From Gemmatimonadota bacterium (GTDB lineage: Bacteria > Gemmatimonadota > Gemmatimonadetes > Palauibacterales > Palauibacteraceae), in the NCBI GenBank assembly GCA_022825725.1, contig JAJDWE010000055.1:28919-92918 (forward strand): DNA of 64,000 nt, read 5' to 3'. Position 1 is the first letter of the stretch, and each line of letters begins with the position of its first letter. The notes below the pieces were generated by a model. The model saw only the letters and a program-made list of their open reading frames with translations, had not been told where the DNA came from and ran no database searches. The translations under genes and the position numbers were made by a program. Shown piece by piece: positions 61,859 to 64,000 of this stretch.

Positions 61859-63259
61859 CTAGTAGTTGATGTACTGCTCGAGCTCCCACTCGGAGACCGA
61901 CGCCACGTAGTCGCTCCACTCGGACTTCTTGCGGCTCACGAACTGCCCGAAGATGTGGTCGCCGAGCGCGTCCTTCATCACGTCGTTCGCCTCGAGTTCC
62001 TCCACCGCCTCGCCGAGGTTGGCGGGCAGCACCTCGAGACCGATCTCCGCGCGCTGTTCGTCGGTCAACTGCCACACGTTCGTGTCGAGCGGCGGCCCCG
62101 GATCGATCTGGTTCTCGATGCCGTCGAGGCCGGCCGCGAGCTGGACGGCGAGCGCCAGGTAGCCGTTGCAGGACGGATCGGGCATGCGGAACTCGAGCCG
62201 CGTGCCGAGGCCGCGCTGCTCCGGAATGCGGATCATCGGCGACCGGTTCCGCTGCGACCACGCGATGGAAATCGGCGCCTCGTAGCCGGGCACGAGCCGC
62301 TTGTAGCTGTTCACGATCGGGTTGGTGACCGCCGCGATGGCCCGCGCGTGCTTCTTCAGGCCGCCGATGTAGTGGAGCATGACATCGGCCAGCTCGTAGT
62401 CGGCGTTCGCGTCGTGGAAGATGTTCTTCCCGTCCTTGAACAGCGACTGGTGCGTGTGCATGCCGGAGCCGTTCGCGCCGAAGATCGGCTTCGGCATGAA
62501 CGTCGCGTGGAGCCCGTGCGCGTGCGCGATATTGCGGACGATGAACTTGAAGGTCGAGAGGTCGTCGGCCGTGCGCAGCGCCTGGGCGTACTTGTAGTCG
62601 ATCTCGTGCTGGCCCTCGGCGACCTCGTGGTGCGCGGCCTCGATATCGAGGCCCATCGACTCCATGCCGGTGACCATCTCGCGCCGCGCGCGCTCGGCGA
62701 GATCCGACGGCGTGAGGTCGAAGTACCCGCCATCGTCGTCGGTGACGAAATTGCAGCTGCCGTCCTCGTTCGTCTTGAAGAGGAAGAACTCGGCCTCGAC
62801 GGCGGCGTACATCGTGAAGCCCATCGACTCCGCCCTGGAGACGACGCGCTTCAGCGCCGCGCGCGGGCAGCCCCCGAACGGCTTGTTGTAGGGACGGCGG
62901 ACGTCGCAGTACATCTGGGCCACCCGGGCGTCCGGGTTCCCCCACGGGAAGATCCGGAACGTGTCGAGGTCCGGCCTGAGGAGCATGTCGCTCTCCTCGA
63001 TGCGGACGTAGCCGCCGATGGAGGAGCCGTCGAACATGACCTTGGCGTCGAACCCTTCCTCGAACTTGCTCGCCGGGACCTCGACGTTCTTCGCGAAGCC
63101 GTCGATGTCGATGAAGATGAGACGAAGGAAACGGACGTTCAGATCCTCGCAGAGCTTCAGGATCGCGTCCCGGTCGCCCGTGGCGACGGTGCTCCCGTAG
63201 TCGTCGTATCGAATGTGCGAGGGGTGTTCACTGGGTGCCGCAAAAACGGCGTCGGACAT
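61859..63259 (-). CDS. glnA: Glutamine synthetase, type I
   Basis: N-terminal beta-grasp (VRFLRLIFIDIDGFAKNVEVP....FDGSSIGGY.RIEESDMLLRPD..TFRIFPW). Catalytic domain motifs (AAVEAEFFLF, HHEVAEGQHEIDY, KPIFGANGSGMHTHQSL, NSYKRLVPGYEAP, NRSPMIRIP). Confidence 0.95.
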   Translation of the reverse strand: MSDAVFAAPSEHPSHIRYDDYGSTVATGDRDAILKLCEDLNVRFLRLIFIDIDGFAKNVEVPASKFEEGFDAKVMFDGSSIGGYVRIEESDMLLRPDLDTFRIFPWGNPDARVAQMYCDVRRPYNKPFGGCPRAALKRVVSRAESMGFTMYAAVEAEFFLFKTNEDGSCNFVTDDDGGYFDLTPSDLAERARREMVTGMESMGLDIEAAHHEVAEGQHEIDYKYAQALRTADDLSTFKFIVRNIAHAHGLHATFMPKPIFGANGSGMHTHQSLFKDGKNIFHDANADYELADVMLHYIGGLKKHARAIAAVTNPIVNSYKRLVPGYEAPISIAWSQRNRSPMIRIPEQRGLGTRLEFRMPDPSCNGYLALAVQLAAGLDGIENQIDPGPPLDTNVWQLTDEQRAEIGLEVLPANLGEAVEELEANDVMKDALGDHIFGQFVSRKKSEWSDYVASVSEWELEQYINY

Positions 63260-63381
63260 GGCGCGACCTCCGGGTCACTTGGGGGCGTACTGAAGGGGGG
63301 TGCGTACGTCCGGTTCCGCGCCTGGCGGTCGGGCACGACCCGCAATGTCGCGAGGCACTATGGGGAGCGGATCGGCCATCG

Positions 63382-64000
63382 TCAACCTCGTCCGCCGACG
63401 CCCGACCGTCGGCGGCCCCGCCGCGGTAACCGCCAACTCCACAGCCGGACGGTTTCCGGCCTCCGGGCGCACGCCACGGCGCCCGTGAAACCTTCCCCGG
63501 GGAAGAGGTCCATCAACCACCAGGAGCGCCCGTCGAGTTCCCCGCGAATCGTGTCGACGCGGTTCAGCGGACGCGACAGACCGAGCCCGGCGGCCTTGAG
63601 GATCGACTCCTTCCGGGCCCAGATCCGGAAGAACTCCGGCCTCGCCGCCGGGGTCTCCCAGTCGGACCGGAGGCGCCGTTCCTCGGGGGAGAGGTGGTCG
63701 CGGGCGAGGCCCCCCGGGTAGCTGAGCGGCCGGATGCGTTCGATGTCCACGCCAATCTCGCCGAGTTGGCCCACCGCGCAGAGCGCGAGTCCGCCCGAGT
63801 GGCTGAGGTTGAAGAAGAACGGGGGAGCGTCGCCGGCCCCGTCGCTCCTTTGTGCCGACACCAGCCGGGGCTTTCCGTGCTCTCCGTACTCCATCGTCAA
63901 GTTGCCGGGCGGAACGCGCAGGTACTCGGAGAGGAGACGTCGCAGCGCGATGCGGGCGCAACGGAAGCGAGCGCGCGCCTCCGCGTTGACGAGTCGCTCG
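63382..64000 (-). CDS. 4'-phosphopantetheinyl transferase, Sfp-type (N-terminus beyond the window end)
   Basis: ..GEHGKPRLV......FFNLSHSGGLALCAV.....IGVDIERIR....... ...FFRIWARKESILKAAG are the PPTase motifs (G.GKP, N.SHS, GvDiE, W..KEa..Ka.G). The frame stays open upstream of the track ORF (63382-63900) to position 64000 (..ERLVNAEARARFRCARIALRRLLSEYLRVPPGNL..). Confidence 0.8.
   Translation of the reverse strand, partial: ERLVNAEARARFRCARIALRRLLSEYLRVPPGNLTMEYGEHGKPRLVSAQRSDGAGDAPPFFFNLSHSGGLALCAVGQLGEIGVDIERIRPLSYPGGLARDHLSPEERRLRSDWETPAARPEFFRIWARKESILKAAGLGLSRPLNRVDTIRGELDGRSWWLMDLFPGEGFTGAVACARRPETVRLWSWRLPRRGRRRSGVGGRG

Noticed and set aside
63260-63381. The glnA 5' leader as a possible glutamine riboswitch or other nitrogen-responsive RNA.
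   Set aside because: I could not recognise the conserved glnA-RNA core or any stable conserved-looking structure by eye. A covariance-model scan (Rfam/Infernal) would be needed.
1-64000. CRISPR arrays, transposases, integrases, phage or plasmid genes, and toxin-antitoxin pairs.
   Set aside because: I scanned the intergenic regions and the ORF track. There are no spaced direct-repeat arrays, no DDE/tyrosine/serine recombinase motifs, and no obvious compositional island apart from short AT-rich promoter patches.

Overview
A 64-kb window of a very GC-rich bacterial chromosome (roughly two-thirds or more G+C by eye, with strong GC3 bias in the real genes). It is gene-dense on both strands. I can support about 53 protein-coding genes. 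I found no rRNA, tRNA, CRISPR array, transposase or integrase. Stop codons are depleted at this GC content, so the six-frame track holds many long antisense or overlapping ORFs. I reject these as artefacts: they are Arg/Pro/Gly/Ala-rich and mirror well-supported genes. The gene mix is exported BNR/sortilin-like, FG-GAP/ASPIC and beta-propeller proteins, TolC-MacAB efflux and ECF sigma factors, which is consistent with a Gemmatimonadota-like organism. That placement is inference only.

Recognisable content:
- Core functions: GyrA-like topoisomerase subunit, Rho, SSB, CDP-alcohol phosphatidyltransferase, YumC-type ferredoxin-NADP reductase.
- Metabolism: EtfBA, XdhC, a D-threonine-aldolase-like PLP enzyme, a FabH-like KAS III, MoeA, a giant NAD-glutamate dehydrogenase convergent with GlnA.
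- Envelope and exported proteins: an S9 peptidase, a Tat-signal PatB/MalY-like aminotransferase, an Sfp-type PPTase truncated at the window end.
- Regulation: two ECF sigma/anti-sigma pairs.

Candidates for a second look:
1. A translationally coupled minus-strand module (12483-18145). It runs conserved 170-aa protein, patatin phospholipase, Mre11/SbcD-like phosphoesterase, then a Rad50/YhaN-like ATPase whose coiled coil carries a transmembrane hairpin. It sits directly downstream of, and co-directional with, an ECF-sigma / anti-sigma / LTXXQ / TolC-MacA-MacB block.
2. An imuB - 100-aa ORF - dnaE2 mutagenesis cassette with no imuA and no recognisable LexA box.
3. A triple-repeat lipoprotein whose signal peptide exists only if translation starts at ATT behind a perfect AAGGAG.
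4. A Tat-exported class-I/II aminotransferase inside a cluster of exported proteins.
5. Three tandem 13-nt repeats overlapping the fabH-like start codon.

All functional calls come from motif and family recognition by eye. No database search was run.
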